Shown here: piece after piece, positions 37,401 through 46,070 of the stretch
How the letters are laid out: each line of letters begins with the position of its first letter
How positions within the stretch are numbered: the stretch's first letter is position 1
From: a virus
Taxonomy: Duplodnaviria; Caudoviricetes
Strand: one strand, 5' to 3'
DNA: 57,137 nucleotides
IMG/VR virus record: IMGVR_UViG_3300044718_000101
Coordinates: 1-57,137 of that record
Program-made: the position numbers and the translations under genes
Notes under the pieces: model-generated
The model's input: only the letters and a program-made list of their open reading frames with translations
What the model was told of the DNA's origin: nothing
Databases searched by the model: none

Positions 37401-39454
37401 TAAAGTAAAGCCTCCTGGGCCTGTTGTTCGGTTTGGATAACGGTCGGGGCAGGCTTCTTCTCGCCTGCAGGTTGGGTCGATTTCGATGCGAACGTGATGC
37501 GCGCGGCAAGTTCCTTGCCCCGGTCAGTCGGCCTAGGAACGAAGGGCACGCCCTCCTCTGGCTTAGGCCAAGGAGCGACCACAAGCCGAATCTGCTGCGC
37601 GCGCGTCGGCAGAACGTCGGTGACCGACTCGGCGCCGTCGATAAAGATCGGCGGAGAAAAGCCGTAATGCGCGCCTAGAACGTTGATCACGTCCAGCCCC
37701 GCATTGATGCAAGCCGCATTGTTGAGTCCCTGGCCGTAAGGCACACCGCCAACGGTAGCAATGCAGCACTCCTCAATCCCGCCATTCACCAGCTCGTTAA
37801 AGAGCTTCCAGCGAACAAGCGCAAACTTGGAGTTGATGCGGTCGGTAAGAAGCTTCACCTTCTGCCGAAGGAACTCATCAAGCAGGAACAGTTGCCCCTC
37901 GATAACCTCAAACTCTTCGGCAAGCTCTTTCTCGCGGTCGGCAAGCTCTAACTTGCGGTCGATGCTTTGCTTGTTTCGGTTGACTGCCTCGATCGTCGAA
38001 AGCGTCGCCCGGTGAAGCGACCGCTTCTTGGTCAGGTCCTCGTCGAGCGTTGCAGCGGCAGCGGCCGAGTTCTCTTGCAGACCCGTAACCACCTTCTGAG
38101 CTTCAGCCTTTGCCGTGGTTAACCGCTGATACTCGGCATCGTCCGAAGGATGAACATAGCTCTCCTCGGGAATGACCACCGCGTCTAAATCGGTCCGCAG
38201 CTTTTCAAGCGAGATCTTAACCGTTTCGATCTCGGTCGTCTTAGTGGCAAGAGTCGCCGCAACCGCATCCCGCTCCTCCCTGTAGGTTTTGCCCGCAGCA
38301 AGCATCTTTTCCAAGGTGTCCGCTTTGGCCAGGTTGAAACGGGCTCTAGCCTCTTCAACATTCTCAGCGGGCAAGTCCTGTCCACAGGTCGGGCAAGCCG
38401 TCTCGCCGCCGAACTCCTTCTCCCGTTCGGCTGCGACCGCGGCTTTGGTTCTTTCTCGAACCGCGTCCATGTCGGCAACTTGACGCTCAAGGTTCCTGGC
38501 CGAGGCTTCCAAAACATTCAGCTCGATCTCGGCAAGCTTAACTTCCTGGGTTAGCTGCTGCTGACGGCTAAGCGCCTCAGTCCGGGCCGGGTTGACCCCG
38601 CCGCTCTGAAGTTCATTGGCCCGCGCATGCATCTTGCCCTGAAGCTCCAAAAACTTATTCCGCGCCTCAGCAACAGCACCGCCAGAGCTAAGGTTTGCCT
38701 TCTGGCTTTCAAGGTCAGCTATCGCAGCGGCCAACGTTTCCGCGTCCGCCTCATAGTTGCCGGCGGGAATATCGGCCATGCCTCTATCGCACTCGGCAAT
38801 CCGGACCGGAATCTCCTTAAGTTCGCCGTTGATCTTGTCCTTCGTGCCCTTCGCGATCTTCCGGTAGTCGTCGATGCTTCGGTCTTCCAGAAAGTTCCGA
38901 ATAGGCGAAAGCGCCCGGGACGAGGAAATCACGTCCGACTCGGAAACGTCCCCGCAAATCTCAAGCAGCAGCCGGCGACGGTCCTCCCACTTCATCCGGG
39001 AAATCACGTGCGCGGGGTCGGTCAGTTCCTGGAACCGCTTCGCCGAACAAACATTCTCAACCTGCCGGTCAAACTCCAGTTTCTGAACGGGAACGCCGTT
39101 GACGAAGTAATCGGTCGTGTGTTTCGTGAAGGTCTTCGTAGCCTCGCCCTTCTTCCTCTCCCACACCTCCTTGTAAACCTTCTTAAGGGTCAGCGTCCGC
39201 CCGTCAACATCATAAACACCCTCGACGCAGTGCTCAAGGTTGTGAAGGGGCTGATTGTCCTTGTCCAGGGTCTTGATGCCGAACTCGGCAGCGCCAAGCG
39301 AATCCTTACCGGTAAGTAGCCAGAACTCCGAGTCCGCTAACGTTGTTTTGCCGACGCTATTATCAGCAACGACGCAAGCATCAGAGCCGTTGGGCTTGAA
39401 CTCGAAGGATTTGATTCCCTTGAAGTTGGAAAGCGCGAGCGAGAGTAATCTCAT
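37400..39454 (-). CDS. SMC/SbcC-like ATPase (AAA_23) with coiled coil and zinc hook
   Basis: NFKGIK, NSVGKTT Walker A, CPTCGQ hook, IFIDGAES Walker B. Confidence 0.9.
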   Translation of the reverse strand: MRLLSLALSNFKGIKSFEFKPNGSDACVVADNSVGKTTLADSEFWLLTGKDSLGAAEFGIKTLDKDNQPLHNLEHCVEGVYDVDGRTLTLKKVYKEVWERKKGEATKTFTKHTTDYFVNGVPVQKLEFDRQVENVCSAKRFQELTDPAHVISRMKWEDRRRLLLEICGDVSESDVISSSRALSPIRNFLEDRSIDDYRKIAKGTKDKINGELKEIPVRIAECDRGMADIPAGNYEADAETLAAAIADLESQKANLSSGGAVAEARNKFLELQGKMHARANELQSGGVNPARTEALSRQQQLTQEVKLAEIELNVLEASARNLERQVADMDAVRERTKAAVAAEREKEFGGETACPTCGQDLPAENVEEARARFNLAKADTLEKMLAAGKTYREERDAVAATLATKTTEIETVKISLEKLRTDLDAVVIPEESYVHPSDDAEYQRLTTAKAEAQKVVTGLQENSAAAAATLDEDLTKKRSLHRATLSTIEAVNRNKQSIDRKLELADREKELAEEFEVIEGQLFLLDEFLRQKVKLLTDRINSKFALVRWKLFNELVNGGIEECCIATVGGVPYGQGLNNAACINAGLDVINVLGAHYGFSPPIFIDGAESVTDVLPTRAQQIRLVVAPWPKPEEGVPFVPRPTDRGKELAARITFASKSTQPAGEKKPAPTVIQTEQQAQEALL

Positions 39455-39702
39455 TCGGACTCCTTCGGGTCAAGCTTCACGCAGTCGTAAAGACCTTTTA
39501 TGAAAGCATTGAAATACTTCCCGGGGCTCTCGGCGAAGATCAGCTTCGCCACATGGTCACCGGGGACGGCGGTGTACTTATAAGTCCCGCCGCCCTTAAA
39601 CTGAATCCGCAACTCCATCGAAGGCTCATCCCAATGGATGCGCAGGATTTGCGTAGAGTGAGGCAGGGGTATCCAAAGCCTGCCAAGTGTTTTTTCCGCC
39701 AA
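39451..39702 (-). CDS. KTSC domain protein
   Basis: STQI..I.W....L.IQFKGG.TY.Y..VP......L..AESPGKYFN..IKG.Y. Confidence 0.9.
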   Translation of the reverse strand: MAEKTLGRLWIPLPHSTQILRIHWDEPSMELRIQFKGGGTYKYTAVPGDHVAKLIFAESPGKYFNAFIKGLYDCVKLDPKESE

Positions 39703-39704
39703 AG

Positions 39705-40037
39705 TTAAATAACCTCTCGGGTGTCCGGGCCTTCGCCGGTCGAAGAGGGTATATTGCTTTGTTGTGTAGCAACACTGACCTCTAAACGGGTCGCGGGCTT
39801 GGTCTGTTCAGAGACTGAGCCCTTATTTATTTCCGGCACGGGAAGTCCGTTGTCGATGGCATATTGAATTTCTAGGCCGGGGCGAACTTTGTAAAATCGC
39901 TGCTTAGAAACCCCGTATTTCGAACAGATTTCTTCAACTGAAACCTTTTTTCTTCGGAGGTAGCTTTTGTAGAGGCTCATCCACCGCTTTGAACTTAACT
40001 TCCTGTTCGGTTGCGCGTCGCTGTTGTTCCGTGCCAT
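39705..40037 (-). CDS. Cro-like HTH regulator
   Basis: SVEEICSKYGVSKQRFY HTH; divergent from the repressor. Confidence 0.7.
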   Translation of the reverse strand: MARNNSDAQPNRKLSSKRWMSLYKSYLRRKKVSVEEICSKYGVSKQRFYKVRPGLEIQYAIDNGLPVPEINKGSVSEQTKPATRLEVSVATQQSNIPSSTGEGPDTREVI

Positions 40038-40045
40038 GTGTTGAC

Positions 40046-40073
40046 ATTATACACAGAGTAAATACGTTGTCAA
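40046..40073 (-). promoter_or_regulatory. Lytic promoter (PR-like) for the cro operon, probably leaderless
   Basis: TTGACA-16 nt-TATAAT; ATG 8 nt after the -10; TGTnnACA sites at 40039-40046 and 40068-40075. Confidence 0.85.
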
Positions 40074-40081
40074 CAAACATT

Positions 40082-40090
40082 TGTTATAAT
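40082..40090 (+). promoter_or_regulatory. Extended -10 promoter for the repressor (PRM-like)
   Basis: TGTTATAAT 19 nt upstream of the GTG. Confidence 0.6.
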
Positions 40091-40109
40091 CGTTGGTATC
40101 ACAACATTT

Positions 40110-40817
40110 GTGGCTGAATATATTTGGACGGCGGGCCGCAAACTCGTCGCATTGGGGGAGCGCCTCAAACTAACTCAGGAAGAAATTGCCGACGTGATCC
40201 ATGTGGATCGCGGCACCATCGGCGCATATAAAAGCAGACACAACGCCAACCCATCGGTTGACAAGATCATGGAGTTTAAGAAGTGGGTCGAAAAAACCTA
40301 CCAAAAGAAACTTAGCCTTGAATGGTTCTTCGACAAAGCGGAGCCACCCGAGAAAGCCGAAGACATTGGCGAAAGAGACACGACCCCCGAAAGGGCCGTT
40401 TACGATGTGCCCTACTGGGGCGAAGTGCCATGCGGAGACTGGGAAGAGCCTTCTTCAGATACCGGCTTAACCGTGCCAATGCAACTCAGCAAAGAGCAAA
40501 AGAAGCTGCTAGACGAGCGCAAATTGATCGTAGTCAAGTCGATAGGGTTCAGCAACGCGCCCCGGATCGTACCCGGCCAATATCTCCTCGTGAAACGAAC
40601 CTCCCAAAAGCGAGAAGGCTATTTCACGCTTGCCCGCGACCAGGAAAACCGCCTCACGCTAAAGATGTTGAATTGGAATCCAGAACTCAGGGAGCTCGAA
40701 CTTCAGAGCTACAACCCCACCTACGGGGCAGCCCGCGCTGAAGAGGCTACGGTGCTAGGTTATGCCGTTGGGATGAGGGAAGACAACGAAGACGGTATAC
40801 GCGCCTCAGTAGCCTAG
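40110..40817 (+). CDS. cI: CI/LexA-like repressor (XRE HTH plus S24 peptidase)
   Basis: LTQEEIA..V.RGTI HTH; VPCG cleavage loop; GFSNAP Ser and TLKML Lys. Confidence 0.88.
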   Translation: MAEYIWTAGRKLVALGERLKLTQEEIADVIHVDRGTIGAYKSRHNANPSVDKIMEFKKWVEKTYQKKLSLEWFFDKAEPPEKAEDIGERDTTPERAVYDVPYWGEVPCGDWEEPSSDTGLTVPMQLSKEQKKLLDERKLIVVKSIGFSNAPRIVPGQYLLVKRTSQKREGYFTLARDQENRLTLKMLNWNPELRELELQSYNPTYGAARAEEATVLGYAVGMREDNEDGIRASVA

Positions 40818-41233
40818 CGAGACGCCTTGTTGACCTCATAAACAGAGCAGTCGTCAAGGTTCACGCCGTCCGGTCCTCCGTTTACAACTGTGCCGACCAC
40901 CGTCACGTCATCCTTCGCTGGATCAAGTCCGGTAAGTCGCTGCGCATCCGCGTCATTGCTCATGTGACAAGTAATCTGCCCGCCAACTTCACTCGAAAGG
41001 TATAGCGTAGGCGCGGAGCCGGGCTCGAATCTGCTGAAGGTCCCATCAACCTTCCATTGCTTTCCGACATACTCCGCAGCCGCATTCCCTGCGCTGTCTT
41101 TGAAGTCATCAACAAGCAGTTCAGCCGAAACGTTTTGCGCTGAAGCCGTCCCCGGTGGGGCACCGCCGTCAGACGACTGACTTTGACCGCATCCAACCAA
41201 ACAAAGCACAGCAAGCAACGCAGCATAACGCAT
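40814..41233 (-). CDS. OB-fold lipoprotein (tRNA_anti-like), possible superinfection exclusion
   Basis: MRYAALLAVLCLVG-C lipobox; VSAELL..F..YVGK..V.G and L.DC motifs; next to cI. Confidence 0.7.
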   Translation of the reverse strand: MRYAALLAVLCLVGCGQSQSSDGGAPPGTASAQNVSAELLVDDFKDSAGNAAAEYVGKQWKVDGTFSRFEPGSAPTLYLSSEVGGQITCHMSNDADAQRLTGLDPAKDDVTVVGTVVNGGPDGVNLDDCSVYEVNKASR

Positions 41234-41323
41234 GCATCCAATTTCGCTTACATCACCAACTATTTGCTGTTGAAAGTTTTCCCCGGCAATTTTTGTCATT
41301 TTCAACGAAAGGTTTACTAAGTG

Positions 41324-41352
41324 TTGACAAACATTGTTTTATGGTGTACAGT
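41324..41352 (+). promoter_or_regulatory. Early promoter (PL-like)
   Basis: TTGACA-17 nt-TACAGT; TGTnnACA sites at 41322-41329 and 41352-41359. Confidence 0.8.
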
Positions 41353-41393
41353 GTCTACAAGCGTTCTGAACAACGCGATTAGGAGACACGGAA

Positions 41394-41597
41394 ATGCTAC
41401 ACAAAGAAACACAGAACCAGACTTTCACCCGTCCCGCATGGGACTTCGACGATAACTGCGCAATAGCCCACGAGCAAGCGCACCGCGCCCGCCGCCGCAA
41501 ACCCTTCAAGTTCAGCACCATCGAAGGCGAAGCGCTCCGGCAGTACATGGAGGATCGCAACCTCGACAAGTCCGGGCTGACAGGACGGGCCGCGTAA
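41394..41597 (+). CDS. Hypothetical early protein
   Basis: AGGAG RBS; first gene after the promoter. Confidence 0.6.
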   Translation: MLHKETQNQTFTRPAWDFDDNCAIAHEQAHRARRRKPFKFSTIEGEALRQYMEDRNLDKSGLTGRAA

Positions 41598-41878
41598 TGG
41601 CCCTATCCCTAGCCGACGTCTACGCCGAAAACGACCGGGCAGAGACAATCACACTCGCCCCCGATGCATGGCAGAACGTCACTGGCAACCCGAACCACGG
41701 GGAGCTACACGTGTCGGCAATGCTGGGCGAAGCCGTCATCCAGTACGACGAGCATTCCGGCAGAGAGTCGTACTTCTTCGAAATCGCCACCGGTGAGAGC
41801 TTCGAAGACTTCAAAGGCCGCTGCGAAGCCAAGTTTTTCGAAAGGGCTCAGGAAGACGACCAGGACGGGTGGGAGTAA
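41597..41878 (+). CDS. Hypothetical acidic protein
   Basis: TAATG coupling at both ends. Confidence 0.6.
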   Translation: MALSLADVYAENDRAETITLAPDAWQNVTGNPNHGELHVSAMLGEAVIQYDEHSGRESYFFEIATGESFEDFKGRCEAKFFERAQEDDQDGWE

Positions 41879-42243
41879 TGCCCACCATCCTAGAACTCAC
41901 AAAGACCGTTTGCCGCGCCAGGGTTGAAAGCTTTGAATGCAGAAAAGACAGCGACGGCGAGATCATTTCCTACCGGCTGTACCTGAACTGCGAAATCGAT
42001 CAACGCTTTTGCACTTGCCCATCGTTTACAGAGAACGCACTAAAAGGCAACCTCGACTGCAAGCACTGCGAAACCCTTTGGATTCTCGCATTCGGTCCAA
42101 CCATCCCCCAGGCTTCCGCCCAAACCGACACCAAACCCCGCCTGTCGGTCTGGGGAGCCACAGACGAAGCATGCCGACTACTTGGCGTTCCACCGGCTAG
42201 CGAGTTCTCGGTAGCTGAAGAGTTTTGGGAGGAGCGGGCGTGA
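41878..42243 (+). CDS. SWIM zinc-finger protein
   Basis: CTCPSF..CKH motif. Confidence 0.75.
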   Translation: MPTILELTKTVCRARVESFECRKDSDGEIISYRLYLNCEIDQRFCTCPSFTENALKGNLDCKHCETLWILAFGPTIPQASAQTDTKPRLSVWGATDEACRLLGVPPASEFSVAEEFWEERA

Positions 42244-42725
42244 GAACATCCTCACAGGCGTTACCGCCCGCAGATCGAGAGGTATGGGTCAATCCTACGA
42301 CAAAGCTCAAGATCATAGGGACCACGTTTTCATTTAGCCACGCTATGCTTGCCAAGCGCCTTGGCGTTGCCCGTACTACCGTGGGAACATATTTCTCAAG
42401 GGGCAACACGGCTCCCAGTGGGGTCAAGGTCACGGCTCTCCTTAACTCTATCAACGAAGAGTTTGGTATAGAAATCCCCTTTGCGTGGGTATATGATGGG
42501 CAGCCCGGTCCCGTGCCAGGCGTCCCAACGCGCGGCGTCACGTCGCAAGCAGCAGAGCGCAAGGCAATAGTTAGCCGTCTCGCCGTAGAGAAATCCCTCG
42601 AATCGCTGGAGGCATCGCGCCAAGCCTCAGGCCTTGGATACACGGCGACGGCGGTTCTGAGACTTCAGGATGCAGTAGGGATTCTGCTCTCCGCGCTGGT
42701 GCTTTCGTCGGCGGTGTCCGAATGA
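42240..42725 (+). CDS. XRE-type HTH protein resembling the CI N-terminal domain
   Basis: LAKRLGVARTTVGTYFSR aligns with CI IADVIHVDRGTIGAYKSR. Confidence 0.7.
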   Translation: MRTSSQALPPADREVWVNPTTKLKIIGTTFSFSHAMLAKRLGVARTTVGTYFSRGNTAPSGVKVTALLNSINEEFGIEIPFAWVYDGQPGPVPGVPTRGVTSQAAERKAIVSRLAVEKSLESLEASRQASGLGYTATAVLRLQDAVGILLSALVLSSAVSE

Positions 42726-43228
42726 TCGACCTCCCTGGCACCGGACTGAATGAGTTCCAGTTACGAAAGCTGGACCGCGCCACAAAAGCAGCCCCGCCCC
42801 TACGCGTCGTCGCAAACAGCGCCCCGCCAACATGGCTGCACCTAATACGCGAAGCCGCCATAACCGTCAAGGCAGGGCGGCTGCCAGCCATCGAAGGCAA
42901 GCCCCACCTAAGCCGGTTCCTGCCGATCGATGAGTGTCACCAAACATTCCGGCTAGAGGGCTGCGTAACCGTGAAGGTCACCGGCCAGTATTGGGCGCAA
43001 GGGACGATCATCAAGGTCGAATACCCCTTTTCACCCTCCGCCGAGGAGCACGTAGTAAGGTGCCTAGAAGAGTTCTTCCCGCACAGCGCCGGAAGAACCG
43101 TAGGCCTCGGCGCTTATGAAGAGCGGGCCTACATCATCAGCCGAAGCGATATAGCTCCAAAAGAGATGGTGGCGGTTCCGAAGTGGGCGGGTTGGTTCAG
43201 TGCCGAGACCGTTAAGGGGGCTTGCTGA
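42722..43228 (+). CDS. Hypothetical protein
   Basis: ATGA/TGATG coupling. Confidence 0.55.
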   Translation: MIDLPGTGLNEFQLRKLDRATKAAPPLRVVANSAPPTWLHLIREAAITVKAGRLPAIEGKPHLSRFLPIDECHQTFRLEGCVTVKVTGQYWAQGTIIKVEYPFSPSAEEHVVRCLEEFFPHSAGRTVGLGAYEERAYIISRSDIAPKEMVAVPKWAGWFSAETVKGAC

Positions 43229-43440
43229 TGCGGTTCTACTACGGCTACATCGCCGGATGTTGCTCTACCTGCGTTATCACCGTCGCGCTGGCCCAACTCT
43301 CATGGCTTCCTATCGTGTTCGCCTTGATCGGTGCTGCAGGCATCGGATGCGCGATCTTCGGGAACATCGAAATGGTTCAGATCGAAGACGACCCCGCGCC
43401 CGGCGAAACGGGCCACGACCCTTTGAAGGAGGGGGAATAG
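43228..43440 (+). CDS. Small two-TM protein
   Basis: Two hydrophobic segments; coupled start. Confidence 0.55.
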   Translation: MRFYYGYIAGCCSTCVITVALAQLSWLPIVFALIGAAGIGCAIFGNIEMVQIEDDPAPGETGHDPLKEGE

Positions 43441-43857
43441 TTGGATAACGAACGTCGCTCAGCATTATTCGGGGGGGGGGCTTCAATGGTTACCCTAACC
43501 GATCCCTACACTACCGATCTGGAGGTGTACGAGCAAATGCTTAGTGCAACCACCCGCGAGAACCGAGATCGCTTGATGTCGTTGACTCCAGCAGAGAGAG
43601 AGGCCGAGCTTCGCCTCACTGAAGAAACAGGCCGCTACAACGAAGCCCAGGAAGAGAAGATCGAACGGCTCAGATTGCTAGGCGCTAACTCTGTATGGAA
43701 GATCACCGACCGGGTAGCCGTAGCCGCGATCATGACAGCCGCCGCGAATGGTGTAGACGCCGCGTGCGAAGCCGGAAGGCGTTACGGTGCCACGGTGCCC
43801 CAGGTCCGGGCCCTTCTGAAAGATGAGGGTGTGGCAACTGAAGAGGGATGGCTATGA
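43441..43857 (+). CDS. Hypothetical protein (start 43441 or 43486)
   Basis: Operon continuity; G10 tract at 43471-43480. Confidence 0.55.
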   Translation: MDNERRSALFGGGASMVTLTDPYTTDLEVYEQMLSATTRENRDRLMSLTPAEREAELRLTEETGRYNEAQEEKIERLRLLGANSVWKITDRVAVAAIMTAAANGVDAACEAGRRYGATVPQVRALLKDEGVATEEGWL

Positions 43858-44090
43858 ACTATCCCGTCCAAGTCGTCCACTTCGCCTGCGGACACCCTCG
43901 AAGCTACACCAAACGGGACTTCGACCTGCGTTTTGGTGAGAGTGAGTCGCCTTCACTGAAAGAGCCAAATATATGGGAATCGCCCGAGCCTTGTGCATCG
44001 TGCCGGACAGAGGCAAAACGACAGGCTGAGGCAGCGCGAGGGCAGGAGTTGTACTACGGAATGGCCGGTGTCTTTGGAGGTCTGCGATGA
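43854..44090 (+). CDS. Small Cys/His (zinc-binding) protein
   Basis: ACGH..CASC; ATGA coupling. Confidence 0.55.
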   Translation: MNYPVQVVHFACGHPRSYTKRDFDLRFGESESPSLKEPNIWESPEPCASCRTEAKRQAEAARGQELYYGMAGVFGGLR

Positions 44091-44275
44091 CCGCAACAAA
44101 CTTCGGGATTTGCACCCATTGCGGCAACGCCCCAGCGGTCGAAACGAACGCCGAAGGCACAACCAGACTTTGCGCCGAGTGCGCCGCCCTTCGCAAGAAC
44201 GAAGCATGGAACTTGCCAACCGGAACGCACCAGGAAGGCGAGAACTGCGAACGATTTCAAGGAGACGCGGAATGA
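44087..44275 (+). CDS. Small zinc-finger protein
   Basis: CTHC..CAEC; ATGA coupling. Confidence 0.55.
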   Translation: MTATNFGICTHCGNAPAVETNAEGTTRLCAECAALRKNEAWNLPTGTHQEGENCERFQGDAE

Positions 44276-44559
44276 ACCCCCAAGACCCCAGCTTCACCGC
44301 CCAAATGTCCGACCGCAGCCGGCTTCTGGGCATGGACCTTCCGAAATACATCGGGCTCGAATATGGCTCCAAGACCCGCCCTGAGAAGCAATCTTCGCCG
44401 TTGCTTCCATTACCAGTCAGTAAGCGGGTCTTGAAGCTCTCCACTTTCAGCGTGCTCCTCTTTGGCAGCCTAGGAATCATCTTCTTCATCTGCCTGGACA
44501 CGCCCCTACTCGTCGTTATCGCCCACTTCTGGGACCAACTCAAAGGATTGATTAACTAA
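44272..44559 (+). CDS. Small membrane protein
   Basis: Start at MNPQDP by ATGA overlap; C-terminal hydrophobic segment. Confidence 0.5.
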   Translation: MNPQDPSFTAQMSDRSRLLGMDLPKYIGLEYGSKTRPEKQSSPLLPLPVSKRVLKLSTFSVLLFGSLGIIFFICLDTPLLVVIAHFWDQLKGLIN

Positions 44560-44562
44560 CAA

Positions 44563-46068
44563 ATGGCCAAACTTACCATCCAACCCGCATTCATCAAAGC
44601 CACCGGCAACCTACTGGCAGCCGCTATTTTCTCCGACGTCGTTGACCAAATCACGAAGGGCGATACCGGCGCGATAGACATTAACGATGCCGCCACCAGC
44701 TACGGGGCAAGTCCTGACGACGTAGCCGAAGCTCTCGAATGCCTTAGCGAAAAAGGCTTCTTCGCTAAACCCCCGCACCCGTGGGCCATGATCGGCAGCT
44801 TCGCACCGGTCAAGATCGCAGTCGGGCTCAGTTATGGCCAGTTGCGATTGCCAAAAGCTGCACCAGCAACACCAAACGACAACCTAAGAAAAAGGCTATG
44901 CCCCGGCATTGACCCCCTAGCCATCAGAGGCCAAGAATACAAAGCCGAGGTCAAGAACGAAGAAGGGACCATAACCCTGACCGTCACCAGAACCGCCGAT
45001 CAGTTCATCGTGTGCGACGGCATGGAGTTCGAAACCGGTGACGAAGCATGGGAATGGGTCGATGAATGGGAGAAAGCGCAACTAGAACTAGTTGCGATCC
45101 TGGAATGGGCAGAAGGCCTAGGCCACAGCCCCGACCAAGATGTCATCTTCCTCTCGCCAAACTCCTACGAGCTGGTAGTAGACGCCGCCTACAACTTCGG
45201 ATACATCGAGGCGCTGGACGCATCCAACGAAGAACTATGCCAAGACGACCGCAGAGCAAAGGCCTACGAAACAGAAGACTTCCGAATGGGCGGAAGACTG
45301 TATCAGCGCCTTGATGTCGGGGGGAATGAATATCAGCCGGTGGAAGTGGAAGAAACAGAAACCCCCTCAGTGCTGGCCCAAATCCACCAGCTAGTCGTCA
45401 ACAACATCCTCCCACAACAGGAACTAACCCCCCTCGCGCCTCTTTCCCTGAAAGCACTAGCCGCCGAGATAAACGACCTCGACGAACGCAAGGAAACCGA
45501 CGAAGAACTGCACCGCCAATGCCTAGCAGATCGAGGGATCAAAACTCTCTCCTACTCCCTAAGCTATGCCCACGGAGAGACGCAGCCGCAGGTAGTGCAG
45601 CTATGGATCGAGTGGACCGATGGCGTAAAGCTGGAAACCACTTTTGATTTGGATGCTGAGAACGGGTTTCCGTTGGATGGCTACGAAGAGCCCGCCCCAG
45701 CGTTCGAGCGGAAGCCCGAGTACACGATTGGCGAGACAACCTATCAAGTAACGGTCACTCCATACATTCCTTACGACCCGCTAGGAGACGATGGATCGGG
45801 GACACCTGCCAAAGAGCGATTCAAGCTGACCATTATCGAGGGCACCTTAATCGTTCTCGGTGAAGTCGACCTAGAATCAGAAGACGAAGCCTGGTCCGAA
45901 GTCGAGAAGTTCCTCGCCACACGCGAAGACGCCACCCAGGACCTAGCCGCCCAAGCCGAAAGCCTAGAGCCAGAGTCCACCGAGTCCACAACGTCCACCA
46001 ACGGCAAAGCAACCAACGGGCAAACGAAAGGCAAAGCAGCTAGAACTAGAAAGGCGGTCGGGGTCTAA
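44563..46068 (+). CDS. Large acidic hypothetical protein with possible N-terminal winged helix
   Basis: 501-aa ORF, very Asp/Glu-rich with a basic C-terminal tip. Confidence 0.65.
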   Translation: MAKLTIQPAFIKATGNLLAAAIFSDVVDQITKGDTGAIDINDAATSYGASPDDVAEALECLSEKGFFAKPPHPWAMIGSFAPVKIAVGLSYGQLRLPKAAPATPNDNLRKRLCPGIDPLAIRGQEYKAEVKNEEGTITLTVTRTADQFIVCDGMEFETGDEAWEWVDEWEKAQLELVAILEWAEGLGHSPDQDVIFLSPNSYELVVDAAYNFGYIEALDASNEELCQDDRRAKAYETEDFRMGGRLYQRLDVGGNEYQPVEVEETETPSVLAQIHQLVVNNILPQQELTPLAPLSLKALAAEINDLDERKETDEELHRQCLADRGIKTLSYSLSYAHGETQPQVVQLWIEWTDGVKLETTFDLDAENGFPLDGYEEPAPAFERKPEYTIGETTYQVTVTPYIPYDPLGDDGSGTPAKERFKLTIIEGTLIVLGEVDLESEDEAWSEVEKFLATREDATQDLAAQAESLEPESTESTTSTNGKATNGQTKGKAARTRKAVGV

Positions 46069-46070
46069 CT

